A stretch of 64,000 bases of DNA. Source: Tannerellaceae bacterium. Lineage in GTDB: Bacteria > Bacteroidota > Bacteroidia > Bacteroidales > CAMTPD01. The notes below the pieces were generated by a model. That model ran no database searches and was not told the origin of the DNA. It worked only from the letters and a program-made list of their open reading frames with translations. Shown here piece by piece: positions 45,583 through 53,222 of the stretch (positions are counted from its first letter, which is position 1; each line of letters starts with the position of its first letter). Both the position numbers and the translations under genes were made by a program. Where the stretch lies: contig JBOFPV010000052.1 in the NCBI GenBank assembly GCA_051660585.1, positions 80,331-144,330 of the forward strand, written 5' to 3'.

Positions 45583-45851
45583 GGTTATCGTTGTTTTTTG
45601 TATTCTTAATTCTAATCGCAAATAAAGGAATAATAAACTGATTAAGAAAATATTTTCGTATAAAATTGAGAATGAGCTATACTTTTATTTACATCGCTTA
45701 TCGTTTCTTAGCCAAGTGCATTGCATAATTCAAGATTACAGCTATTTTTGTTACTAACTTTTTAGGGGTATATAGGGTTTTCCTAGTTAGTGTAGTTGCG
45801 GCTATACGCATCAGAAAAGAAGAAATATTTAAAATGTTCTATCTATAGTTT

Positions 45852-46643
45852 ATGAAGAAATTATATTTTCTGTATCAGTGGCTCATCTTTATGCCTCTGT
45901 TTCTGGTAATAACCATTATTACTGCTATTGTGACCACAGTAGGATGTATGGGCGGATACAATCGGACTTTCGGCTACTATCCGGGAAAGATTTGGTCGTG
46001 TGTTACGTGTTACTTGGCGCTTTGTCCGGTCAAGGTAAAAGGGCGTGAACACATCAAGAAGGGTGAATCGTATGTGTTTGTAGCCAATCATCAGGGCGCA
46101 TTTGATGTGTTCCTGATCTACGGCTTCTTGGGAGTTCCTGTAAAATGGATGATGAAGAAGAGCCTGCGCAACATTCCCTTTGTAGGAAAAGCATGCGAGT
46201 CGGCCGGTTTTATTTTCGTCGACAACACTTCGCCACTTACAGCAGCCAGATCCATTCGTCAGGCCGAAGCTTCGTTTCAAAACGGCCTTTCCCTAGCTAT
46301 TTTTCCCGAAGGCTCACGTACCTACGACGGCAAAATGATCAAGTTCAAGAAAGGCGCTTTTCAGATCGCGACAGACCTTCATTTACCCATTGTGCCGGTT
46401 ACGCTCAACGGGCCTTACGACGTGTTGCCTATTCACGGCAAGAAGCTTTCGCCTTCACGTCTCGAAATGATCATACACGAGCCAATCCCTACGCAAGACC
46501 TGCGTACCAACCAAGCTACCCTTACGGCATTGGCCGATGAGTCGGAGCAGATTGTAGCTTCCGGACTTTGGGAAAAGTATCGGGATTATTCGGCAGAGGA
46601 GTCCGAACTTTCACTTACGCTACAGGAGGCCGTTGCCGAGTAG
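45852..46643 (+). CDS. plsC: 1-acyl-sn-glycerol-3-phosphate acyltransferase
   Basis: Acyltransferase motifs NHQGAFD (HX4D) and FPEGSRT; N-terminal TM helix. Confidence 0.85.
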   Translation: MKKLYFLYQWLIFMPLFLVITIITAIVTTVGCMGGYNRTFGYYPGKIWSCVTCYLALCPVKVKGREHIKKGESYVFVANHQGAFDVFLIYGFLGVPVKWMMKKSLRNIPFVGKACESAGFIFVDNTSPLTAARSIRQAEASFQNGLSLAIFPEGSRTYDGKMIKFKKGAFQIATDLHLPIVPVTLNGPYDVLPIHGKKLSPSRLEMIIHEPIPTQDLRTNQATLTALADESEQIVASGLWEKYRDYSAEESELSLTLQEAVAE

Positions 46644-46667
46644 ATTATTTACTCAGCAACTGTTCTA

Positions 46668-47572
46668 TCACTTCGGCCGTACGGGGCGAAGCAGGAGAGA
46701 GGTGTGCGCCATCGTAAACGATACAAAACGTACCGGCTTATTGTGAAAGCGGGCGGTAAACTGATTCCATTGCGCCAATCCTTCTATGCAGGGCGGACAA
46801 AAGTTTCCCCAGAAATCGATAAAGAGTACCTCTCCCGAAGCATTATCAATCGTTTTGTTCAGCAAATCGAGTCCGGGCCCGTTGATCGCTGTCCCTGTAT
46901 GCATGCCGTCGATTGTATTTTTCCCACGCAGACGATCCGAAAGTTCCTCCGGATGCGCTTCATATCCGCGCTTAAAACCGATCAGTTGTTTGAGTGGCTC
47001 CTGAAGGAACGGCAACGTGATTGCCTGTGCTATCAATGAATCTAAGCTGCCCTAGAATCGAGAAATGCACTTTGTCTCCCAACGTATGCGGAAGTAGTTC
47101 GGCAATGCGCTTATCATTGGCTGCAAGTGCCTCTTCAAGCTGTGCTGCGGTATATTTATCAAATTGGGCTTTTTGTATTGTAAACGAGTTACGACTATAG
47201 CACTTATCCAATTCGATACGGTCTCGAATCCAGCGATCTGTGAGCGCATCGGGTTTGTATCGCCGGAGCAATCGGCAGATGCGATACAAACGTCTCGATC
47301 GAAACCATGCGCAGCATGTAAGGATTAAACGTAAAACTAAACGTATTGTCTTTGTCAATCAGCGATTCGCATTGCGTCTCGGTATCGGTGAAGAACGGAA
47401 CCAGTAGCTTTACCGTTTTCTGATTCGGATACAGATCGCGGTTCAGTATCGTACCGGTAATCACCGCTAGTTGTTCTGTATCAGAGGTCTCTGTTTGCGA
47501 AGTTTGCTTTGTGCAACCCACTGCAAGCATTAACGAAAGTATGAGCAGCAGGTGTTTGTAATTGGTCTTCAT
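46668..47572 (-). pseudogene. Frameshifted and truncated TlpA-like thioredoxin-family lipoprotein
   Basis: Three consecutive overlapping minus-strand ORFs in three different frames (47572-47204, 47358-46972, 47036-46668). The first carries the lipoprotein signal MKTNYKHLLLILSLMLAVGC. The last carries the thioredoxin motif FIDFWGNFCPPC. The fold is cut short about 45 aa after the CxxC. Confidence 0.65.
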
Positions 47573-47850
47573 GGTATTTATCGTGTTTTTCTATTGAGAG
47601 CGCCAATGTAAGAAAAGTTTCTGAGATCTGACTAATTCGTTATTTGTGTTAATAGTGTTAATGAATATGTATAAATCCGATCGTTTTTTTTAAATACCAC
47701 CCCTATTTTGCTTGCTTTTATTCCGATTACTTGTGTTATATCCATGAATAATAGAGGTTTATTTTATTTGTATTAAAATCTTAAATTTTTGCTTGGGTTT
47801 GTGTTATATAGTTGGTTTACAGTTGTTTGCTGTGAGTGTTGGGGTGGGGT

Positions 47851-47868
47851 TGCTTTTAGCTAAAAGCA
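47851..47868. repeat. 18-bp perfect palindrome TGCTTTTAGCTAAAAGCA
   Basis: Read directly from the sequence. An additional 7-bp outer pairing is TGTGAGT (47831-47837) / ACTCACA (47873-47879). Confidence 0.8.
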
Positions 47869-48062
47869 GAGTACTCACACAACAGTTTGTCGGACTCCTT
47901 TTCAAGTATATTATCCGAATTGGGGCTTTGTTGTTGTAATGATCTCAATTGGGTAATATTCTTGAATCGTCTATTTTTTAACAATAAAAATAGCGTAAAG
48001 TGTAAGGTGTTGAAGAAGTGAGCATTACTGTGTTTGGCTGAGTGATATGGGGCACGAATTGT

Positions 48063-48257
48063 CGAGTACGGGTCAGTTAGGGTCAAACGGGTCACATTTT
48101 CTCTAGATGGGGTAAAAAAAGTAATATTGCAATTTTTATATTGATTATATTATATTACCCATTCCTTAAGAGTGTTATTTTGGTGTATAAAAAAAAACGT
48201 ACCTAGAGGTATTTGACCCTAACTGACCCTAACTCGGAGTTTTTGACCCGTACTCGG
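48063..48257. repeat. Inverted arrays of GGGTCA / TGACCC iterons flanking an AT-rich core
   Basis: GGGTCA at 48070, 48080 and 48089; TGACCC at 48214, 48224 and 48244. Exact 13-bp inverted repeat CGAGTACGGGTCA (48063-48075) / TGACCCGTACTCG (48244-48256). Confidence 0.85.
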
Positions 48258-48351
48258 CCGTTTTTGGACTTTTGAGGGTAAAATAGCCTTTTTTGTGTTG
48301 GGATTGCTCAATTATCAATATAGCTCACTTATGTGTGATGCGCCGATTGTA

Positions 48352-48582
48352 TCACGGCGCTCCCAGATGGTCTACGAAGCACTCCACTACTTTGGGTGGG
48401 AGTATTTTCATGTACGGACGCCATCCCGCGGCAAGAAGCGCGTCGCGGAGTCCAAGTGTGCTGTGTACCCAGCATCCCAACGCTTTGGTAGCCATCAATG
48501 ACGTACTGCCGATAAAATAAAGTTGAGCCAACTCGGTAAAAGCATACGCACGAATGCGAAAAGGTTGTTCGAAATTTTCCAT
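48352..48582 (-). CDS. DUF4248 domain-containing protein
   Basis: 76 aa; the pattern F.IRAY..TELAQLYF......A.K.L..WV.....L...L...GW......L.P..V...V.HLG.P matches my recollection of Bacteroides DUF4248 proteins. Confidence 0.7.
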   Translation of the reverse strand: MENFEQPFRIRAYAFTELAQLYFIGSTSLMATKALGCWVHSTLGLRDALLAAGWRPYMKILPPKVVECFVDHLGAP

Positions 48583-48714
48583 GTGATTAGATCATTAATT
48601 CTTTTTAATATGCGAAATAATACGTTAATAACCAAAGGTGTAAACCGTTTTCTTTCGCAAAAACAATGCATGGTTTTTCTAAAAAGCTAGTAAGGTTTCT
48701 TCAAAAAGTAAGTA

Positions 48715-48732
48715 AGGTTCTTGCAAGAACCT
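48715..48732. promoter_or_regulatory. 18-bp perfect palindrome AGGTTCTTGCAAGAACCT (candidate operator) upstream of the methyltransferase gene
   Basis: Perfect dyad, nested inside the inverted pair AAAAAGCTAG (48681-48690) / CTAGCTTTTT (48735-48744). It lies about 75-90 bp upstream of the MTase -7 box. Confidence 0.5.
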
Positions 48733-48804
48733 CTCTAGCTTTTTTTGCTTTGCGATCGCCTATGTAATGTTTTAATTTCAGTAAATAAATTGCTTGTCAT
48801 TTTG

Positions 48805-48812
48805 TATCTTTG
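48805..48812 (+). promoter_or_regulatory. Candidate -7 box (TATCTTTG) for the R-M operon
   Basis: TAnnTTTG match 46 nt upstream of ATG 48858. Confidence 0.5.
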
Positions 48813-48857
48813 TAGGCTTGATACATGAAAATGCTCGAGCTTAAGAGGTGAAAAGAT

Positions 48858-50108
48858 ATGGCTAAGAAAACAGAAATTCGCAATTATATACCGTCGTTGT
48901 CTGCTTTTTCGTTGAAGAAAAAAGAGGAAGTGGATCAGTTGGCTGTGGTATCGCATTATCTTCAGAATAAGGATGGTGTGACCAGTGAAGCTATCGTACA
49001 GGATGCTTGTGAGATTTTAGAAAATAAATTCGGAATTACACAGGAACAAGATATACGGGTAAATGATGGTTCGTTGATGGATAATTTGTTTAATGAAGCA
49101 CATGATGTTCCTTTTCCTCCGGTAGCGAATCCGGCTTTTACGTTTGTCGATCTTTTTGCCGGAATGGGTGGCTTTCGTATTGCTATGCAAAATTATGGCG
49201 GGAAATGTGTGTTTTCGTCGGAGTGGAATGCTTTTGCACAGAAAACGTATTTCGCAAACTTCGGAGAAATGCCTTTCGGGGATATCACATTAGAGACTAC
49301 GAAGCGATACATTCCGGATAATTTTGATGTGCTTTGTGCCGGTTTTCCTTGTCAGCCGTTTTCGATAGCGGGTATCTCAAAGAAGATCAGTTTGGGACGT
49401 GCACACGGTTTTATGGATGAGGCTCAGGGTACGCTCTTTTTTGATGTAGCGGAAATTATAGAGAAGAAAAGGCCAAGGGCTTTCTTTTTGGAAAATGTGA
49501 AGAACCTGGTTTCTCACGATAAAGGGAATACATTCAGGGTGATCTCAAATACATTGAGGGAACTTGGATACAGCATTCATTTTAAGGTAATGAACGGAAA
49601 GCATTTTGTTCCGCAGAACAGAGAGCGTATTTTTATTGTTGGTTTCCGTTCTGATATATATGGGGATGCGGAAAACTTTTCATTTCCGGATCTTCCCGAA
49701 CCAACGGCTAAGTTGAAAGATATTCTGGAGCCGGAAGTTGATGCGAAATATACGTTGACCGATAAGTTGTGGCAGTATTTGCAGAATTATGCGGCGAAGC
49801 ACAAGGCCGCAGGTAACGGTTTCGGATATGGTCTTACAGACTTGAACGGTACTGCCCGTACGTTGAGTGCCAGATACTACAAAGACGGGTCGGAAATTCT
49901 GATTCCTCAGTCTGGTTTTGACGGCGAGACGATTAATCCGCGAAGACTGACTCCGAAAGAATGTACCCGTTTGATGGGTTATCCAGAGAATTACATTATA
50001 ACAGCCGTTTCGGATGTGCAGGGATACCGTCAATGTGGAAACTCGGTTGTGGTACCGTTGATTCAGGCGGTTGCCGGCAAACTGGTGGAAACGATGCTGG
50101 CACGATAG
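48858..50108 (+). CDS. dcm: DNA (cytosine-5)-methyltransferase, Dcm / M.EcoRII family (predicted CCWGG)
   Basis: m5C motifs FVDLFAGMGGFR (I), GFPCQPFS (IV), ENVKNL (VI) and QCGNSV (X). Long collinear similarity to E. coli Dcm as I recall it (SLGRAHGF..QGTLFFDV, NGFGYG, RTLSARYYKDG.EIL, RRLTP.EC.RLMG). N-terminal extension of about 95 aa. Confidence 0.93.
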   Translation: MAKKTEIRNYIPSLSAFSLKKKEEVDQLAVVSHYLQNKDGVTSEAIVQDACEILENKFGITQEQDIRVNDGSLMDNLFNEAHDVPFPPVANPAFTFVDLFAGMGGFRIAMQNYGGKCVFSSEWNAFAQKTYFANFGEMPFGDITLETTKRYIPDNFDVLCAGFPCQPFSIAGISKKISLGRAHGFMDEAQGTLFFDVAEIIEKKRPRAFFLENVKNLVSHDKGNTFRVISNTLRELGYSIHFKVMNGKHFVPQNRERIFIVGFRSDIYGDAENFSFPDLPEPTAKLKDILEPEVDAKYTLTDKLWQYLQNYAAKHKAAGNGFGYGLTDLNGTARTLSARYYKDGSEILIPQSGFDGETINPRRLTPKECTRLMGYPENYIITAVSDVQGYRQCGNSVVVPLIQAVAGKLVETMLAR

Positions 50109-50139
50109 AACTAATTGATAACTGAAAAAACTATATACC

Positions 50140-51315
50140 ATGGATGCTTCGATAGCAGGACTGGCCATAGAGGCTGTCAAAAGATCAAGAAATGCTTTTT
50201 GTAAGTTTATATCGGCCAATGACGCAGGTGAAACCGGAGCGCATCAGGCCGGTTTCTATATGCCGAAAGATACGGTGCCTCTTATGTTTGATACTCCGGG
50301 AGTGAAAGGTGCCAATAAGGATCGGTATGTAAAAATCAAATGGCAGAATGATTTTGAAACTGAAAGCCGTTTCATTTATTATGGTACCGGAACACGGAAT
50401 GAATACAGGCTTACCCGTTTCGGGAAAGGTTTTCCTTTTCTAAAAGAGGATAACGTCGGGGACTTGATGATTTTGTGCCAGATCAATGATGACTATTATG
50501 AAGGGTATGTACTGAATACTGAGGCCGACTTTGAAGCTTTCTTCTCTGAGTTTAACATGACTTCCCAGCAAACGAACCGTCTGATTATAAAAGATAACTT
50601 TGTGTCGACCGAAGAGGTTCTGAAACAAAAGTTTGAAACTTTTATAGCCGGATGTACTACTGAATTCCCAATTACCACCGAAATGGCTGCGGCTGCACGC
50701 TCGATATTCAATACAGCAAATAAAATAACAGAAGCAAAGGTTGTAAAGGAGTCGGATAAAGTACTTCTGAATTGGATTGAAACGGAATACAATCTCTTTA
50801 AGTCATTTGAAAACAGCCGTTATGCTGAGCGCATTGCTACTCCGTTTCCGAATGTGGAAGATTTGGTTTGTTTTGCCAATACGGTTCTGAACCGAAGAAA
50901 AAGTCGTGCCGGCAAATCATTGGAACATCACCTGTGTGAGATTTTTACCTTGGGGCAGCTTCAGTTCGAAACACAGGCGGTTACAGAAATGAATAAGAAG
51001 CCTGACTTTTTATTCCCGGGATCCGAGGCTTATCATGATACACTGTTTTCGGCAGATAAGCTGATTTGCCTGGGTGCCAAAACGACGTGTAAAGACCGGT
51101 GGAGGCAGGTGCTTACCGAAGCCGAAAGGGTGGAAACCAAACACTTGTTTACACTTCAGCAGGGAATATCAAAGAACCAACTTGATGAGATGTATGCCAG
51201 CAAGATACAACTGATTGTACCTGCTCCGTATTTGTCTGCTTATGATAAATCATATCATGACAGGATTATGACGCTGGGTACTTTTGTCAGTTATGTAAAA
51301 GAGTTGCAAAAATAG
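50140..51315 (+). CDS. Type IIE restriction endonuclease, EcoRII family
   Basis: N-terminal effector-domain motif ISANDAGETGAHQAGFYMP (EcoRII has LSANDTGATGGHQVGLYIP). C-terminal catalytic region NRRKSRAGKSLEHHL..NKKPDFLFP..AKTTCKDRWRQVL.EA....HLFTLQ.G.S matches EcoRII almost motif for motif. Confidence 0.88.
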   Translation: MDASIAGLAIEAVKRSRNAFCKFISANDAGETGAHQAGFYMPKDTVPLMFDTPGVKGANKDRYVKIKWQNDFETESRFIYYGTGTRNEYRLTRFGKGFPFLKEDNVGDLMILCQINDDYYEGYVLNTEADFEAFFSEFNMTSQQTNRLIIKDNFVSTEEVLKQKFETFIAGCTTEFPITTEMAAAARSIFNTANKITEAKVVKESDKVLLNWIETEYNLFKSFENSRYAERIATPFPNVEDLVCFANTVLNRRKSRAGKSLEHHLCEIFTLGQLQFETQAVTEMNKKPDFLFPGSEAYHDTLFSADKLICLGAKTTCKDRWRQVLTEAERVETKHLFTLQQGISKNQLDEMYASKIQLIVPAPYLSAYDKSYHDRIMTLGTFVSYVKELQK

Positions 51316-51392
51316 AAATTACTAAACCAGTACAATTATCCCTCTTCCTGCATGTTTCATCTCATTGATATATGATAATTTGGTAATATGTT

Positions 51393-51400
51393 TAACTTTG
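51393..51400 (+). promoter_or_regulatory. Candidate -7 box (TAACTTTG) for ddh
   Basis: TAnnTTTG match 48 nt upstream of ATG 51448. Confidence 0.5.
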
Positions 51401-51447
51401 CATCGAATAAAATACTTGTAATACGTTAACGAATAGATTATATTCAT

Positions 51448-52344
51448 ATGAAAAAGATTAGAGCTGCCATCGTTGGTTATGGCAACATTGGAAGATATGT
51501 ATTGGAAGCGCTTCAGGCTGCTCCTGATTTTGAAGTTGCAGGTGTAGTGCGCCGTAATGCCAGTGATGTACCGGCAGAATTGAGCGAGTATCCTGTGGTA
51601 GATTCGATTACGAAGCTGGAGAATGTAGATGTGGCTGTGCTTGCTACGCCTACTCGTAGCGTAGAAACGTTTGCGAAAGAGATCTTGGCGATGGGTATCA
51701 ACACGGTAGACAGTTATGACATTCACGGTGGTATCGTAAACTTGCGCAGCGAACTGAGCAAGGTGGCGAAAGAACACAACGCGGTGGCTGTGATTGCTGC
51801 GGGTTGGGATCCGGGTAGCGACTCTGTAGTAAGAGCTCTTCTTGAAGCAATGGTTCCGAAAGGGATTACATATACTAACTTCGGTCCGGGTATGAGTATG
51901 GGTCACACGGTTGCGGTAAAAGCGATCGACGGTGTGAAGGCTGCTTTGTCGATGACAATTCCTACCGGTACAGGTGTACACCGCCGTATGGTGTATATTG
52001 AGGTAGAAGAAGGTCACGACTTCGATACAGTTGCTAACAACATCAAAAACGACGACTATTTTGTACACGACGAAACGCACGTGATCAAGGTAGATTGTGT
52101 TGAAAACTTGTTGGATATGGGTCACGGTGTAAACCTTACTCGTAAGGGTGTATCGGGCAAAACTCAAAACCAACTTGTAGAGTTCAACATGCGTATCAAC
52201 AACCCTGCGCTTACGGCTCAGATTCTTGTGTCGGTAGCTCGTGCCAGCTTTAAACAACAACCGGGTGCGTATACAATGATCGAACTTCCGATGATTGATA
52301 TGCTTTACGGCGACAGAGAAGAACTTATCCGTCGCTTGGTGTAA
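51448..52344 (+). CDS. ddh: meso-Diaminopimelate D-dehydrogenase
   Basis: 298 aa with Rossmann N-terminus [13 protein letters not shown]. Length and sequence resemble Bacteroides/Corynebacterium Ddh (GWDPGS, HRR.VY). Confidence 0.8.
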   Translation: MKKIRAAIVGYGNIGRYVLEALQAAPDFEVAGVVRRNASDVPAELSEYPVVDSITKLENVDVAVLATPTRSVETFAKEILAMGINTVDSYDIHGGIVNLRSELSKVAKEHNAVAVIAAGWDPGSDSVVRALLEAMVPKGITYTNFGPGMSMGHTVAVKAIDGVKAALSMTIPTGTGVHRRMVYIEVEEGHDFDTVANNIKNDDYFVHDETHVIKVDCVENLLDMGHGVNLTRKGVSGKTQNQLVEFNMRINNPALTAQILVSVARASFKQQPGAYTMIELPMIDMLYGDREELIRRLV

Positions 52345-52388
52345 CAACGCCACCGAATCTGGTACTCATCACTAAAAACTAAACGAAC

Positions 52389-53222
52389 ATGTTGTCATAT
52401 ATTACCTGGACAGCCGATCCGGCTATCTTTACGATTGGTAGCAGGGAAATACGCTGGTATGGCCTGGCTTTTGCAATTGGTTTTGCAATTGGCTACTGGA
52501 TCATGGAAAAGATGTGGAAGAAAGAGCAACTCAACCCGATGTGGCTCGATAAGCTCTTTATTTATACGGTGCTGGGCACAGTGCTGGGCTCCCGATTGGG
52601 GCACTGCCTGTTTTATGCTCCCGATTACTACTTGGCCAATCCGGTCGAGATCTTGAAAATCTGGGAAGGCGGCCTGGCTAGTCATGGCGGAACGCTGGGT
52701 ATTATTATCGCGATTTACTTCTACTCGAAGCGAATTACGCATAAAAGTATGTTGTGGACTTTTGACCGACTGGTGGTGCCGGTGGGTCTTGTTGCCGCTA
52801 TGATTCGTCTGGGTAATTTGATGAATCATGAAATATACGGTCATGCTACCGACTTGCCTTGGGGCATTCGGTTTATTACCAATATACCGTACTGGAAACA
52901 TGGAGCGGAGCCGATCTTCTCGGCTCCTTCTCATCCAACTCAATTGTATGAGGCGTTGTGCTATATCATAACTTTTGCGGTGTGTATGTGGTTATATTGG
53001 ATAAAGAATGCTCAAAAAAGAGAGGGTCTTATCTTTGGTATTTTCCTTGAGGGGATCTTCTTGTCGCGCTTCTTTGTGGAGTTTGTGAAAAACAACCAAG
53101 AGGCGTTTGAAGATGGCATGACGCTAAATATGGGGCAGTGGCTGAGCGTTCCGTTCATCATTGCCGGATTTTGGTTAATAGTAAGAGCTCTAAAAAACAA
53201 GAATAATGTACAAGTTGACTGA
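52389..53222 (+). CDS. lgt: Prolipoprotein diacylglyceryl transferase
   Basis: Polytopic; motifs IRWYGL, GGLASHGG, RLGN and HPTQLYEAL. Confidence 0.92.
   Translation: MLSYITWTADPAIFTIGSREIRWYGLAFAIGFAIGYWIMEKMWKKEQLNPMWLDKLFIYTVLGTVLGSRLGHCLFYAPDYYLANPVEILKIWEGGLASHGGTLGIIIAIYFYSKRITHKSMLWTFDRLVVPVGLVAAMIRLGNLMNHEIYGHATDLPWGIRFITNIPYWKHGAEPIFSAPSHPTQLYEALCYIITFAVCMWLYWIKNAQKREGLIFGIFLEGIFLSRFFVEFVKNNQEAFEDGMTLNMGQWLSVPFIIAGFWLIVRALKNKNNVQVD

Noticed and set aside
47856-48095. 79-aa minus-strand ORF beginning inside the left iteron arm
   Set aside because: Its GTG start and first 12 codons are simply the GGGTCA iterons read as protein. It has no RBS or promoter context and no recognisable family, and it ends in the 18-bp palindrome. 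I treat it as non-coding.
48293-48520. Two plus-strand ORFs (75 and 68 aa) opposite the DUF4248 gene
   Set aside because: They are antisense to a gene with a recognisable family pattern, and they overlap each other in different frames.
49680-50219. 179-aa minus-strand ORF across the methyltransferase 3' end
   Set aside because: It is in phase with the MTase codons (shadow ORF). The MTase motifs are unambiguous on the + strand.
51322-52353. 343-aa minus-strand ORF covering the whole ddh gene
   Set aside because: It is codon-aligned with ddh (both sets of triplets start at positions congruent to 1 mod 3). Antisense stops would therefore need in-frame sense codons TTA, CTA or TCA, which ddh simply does not use. 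This is the classic shadow-ORF effect. The translated product is H/R/Y/V-rich with no recognisable motifs, whereas ddh is well supported.
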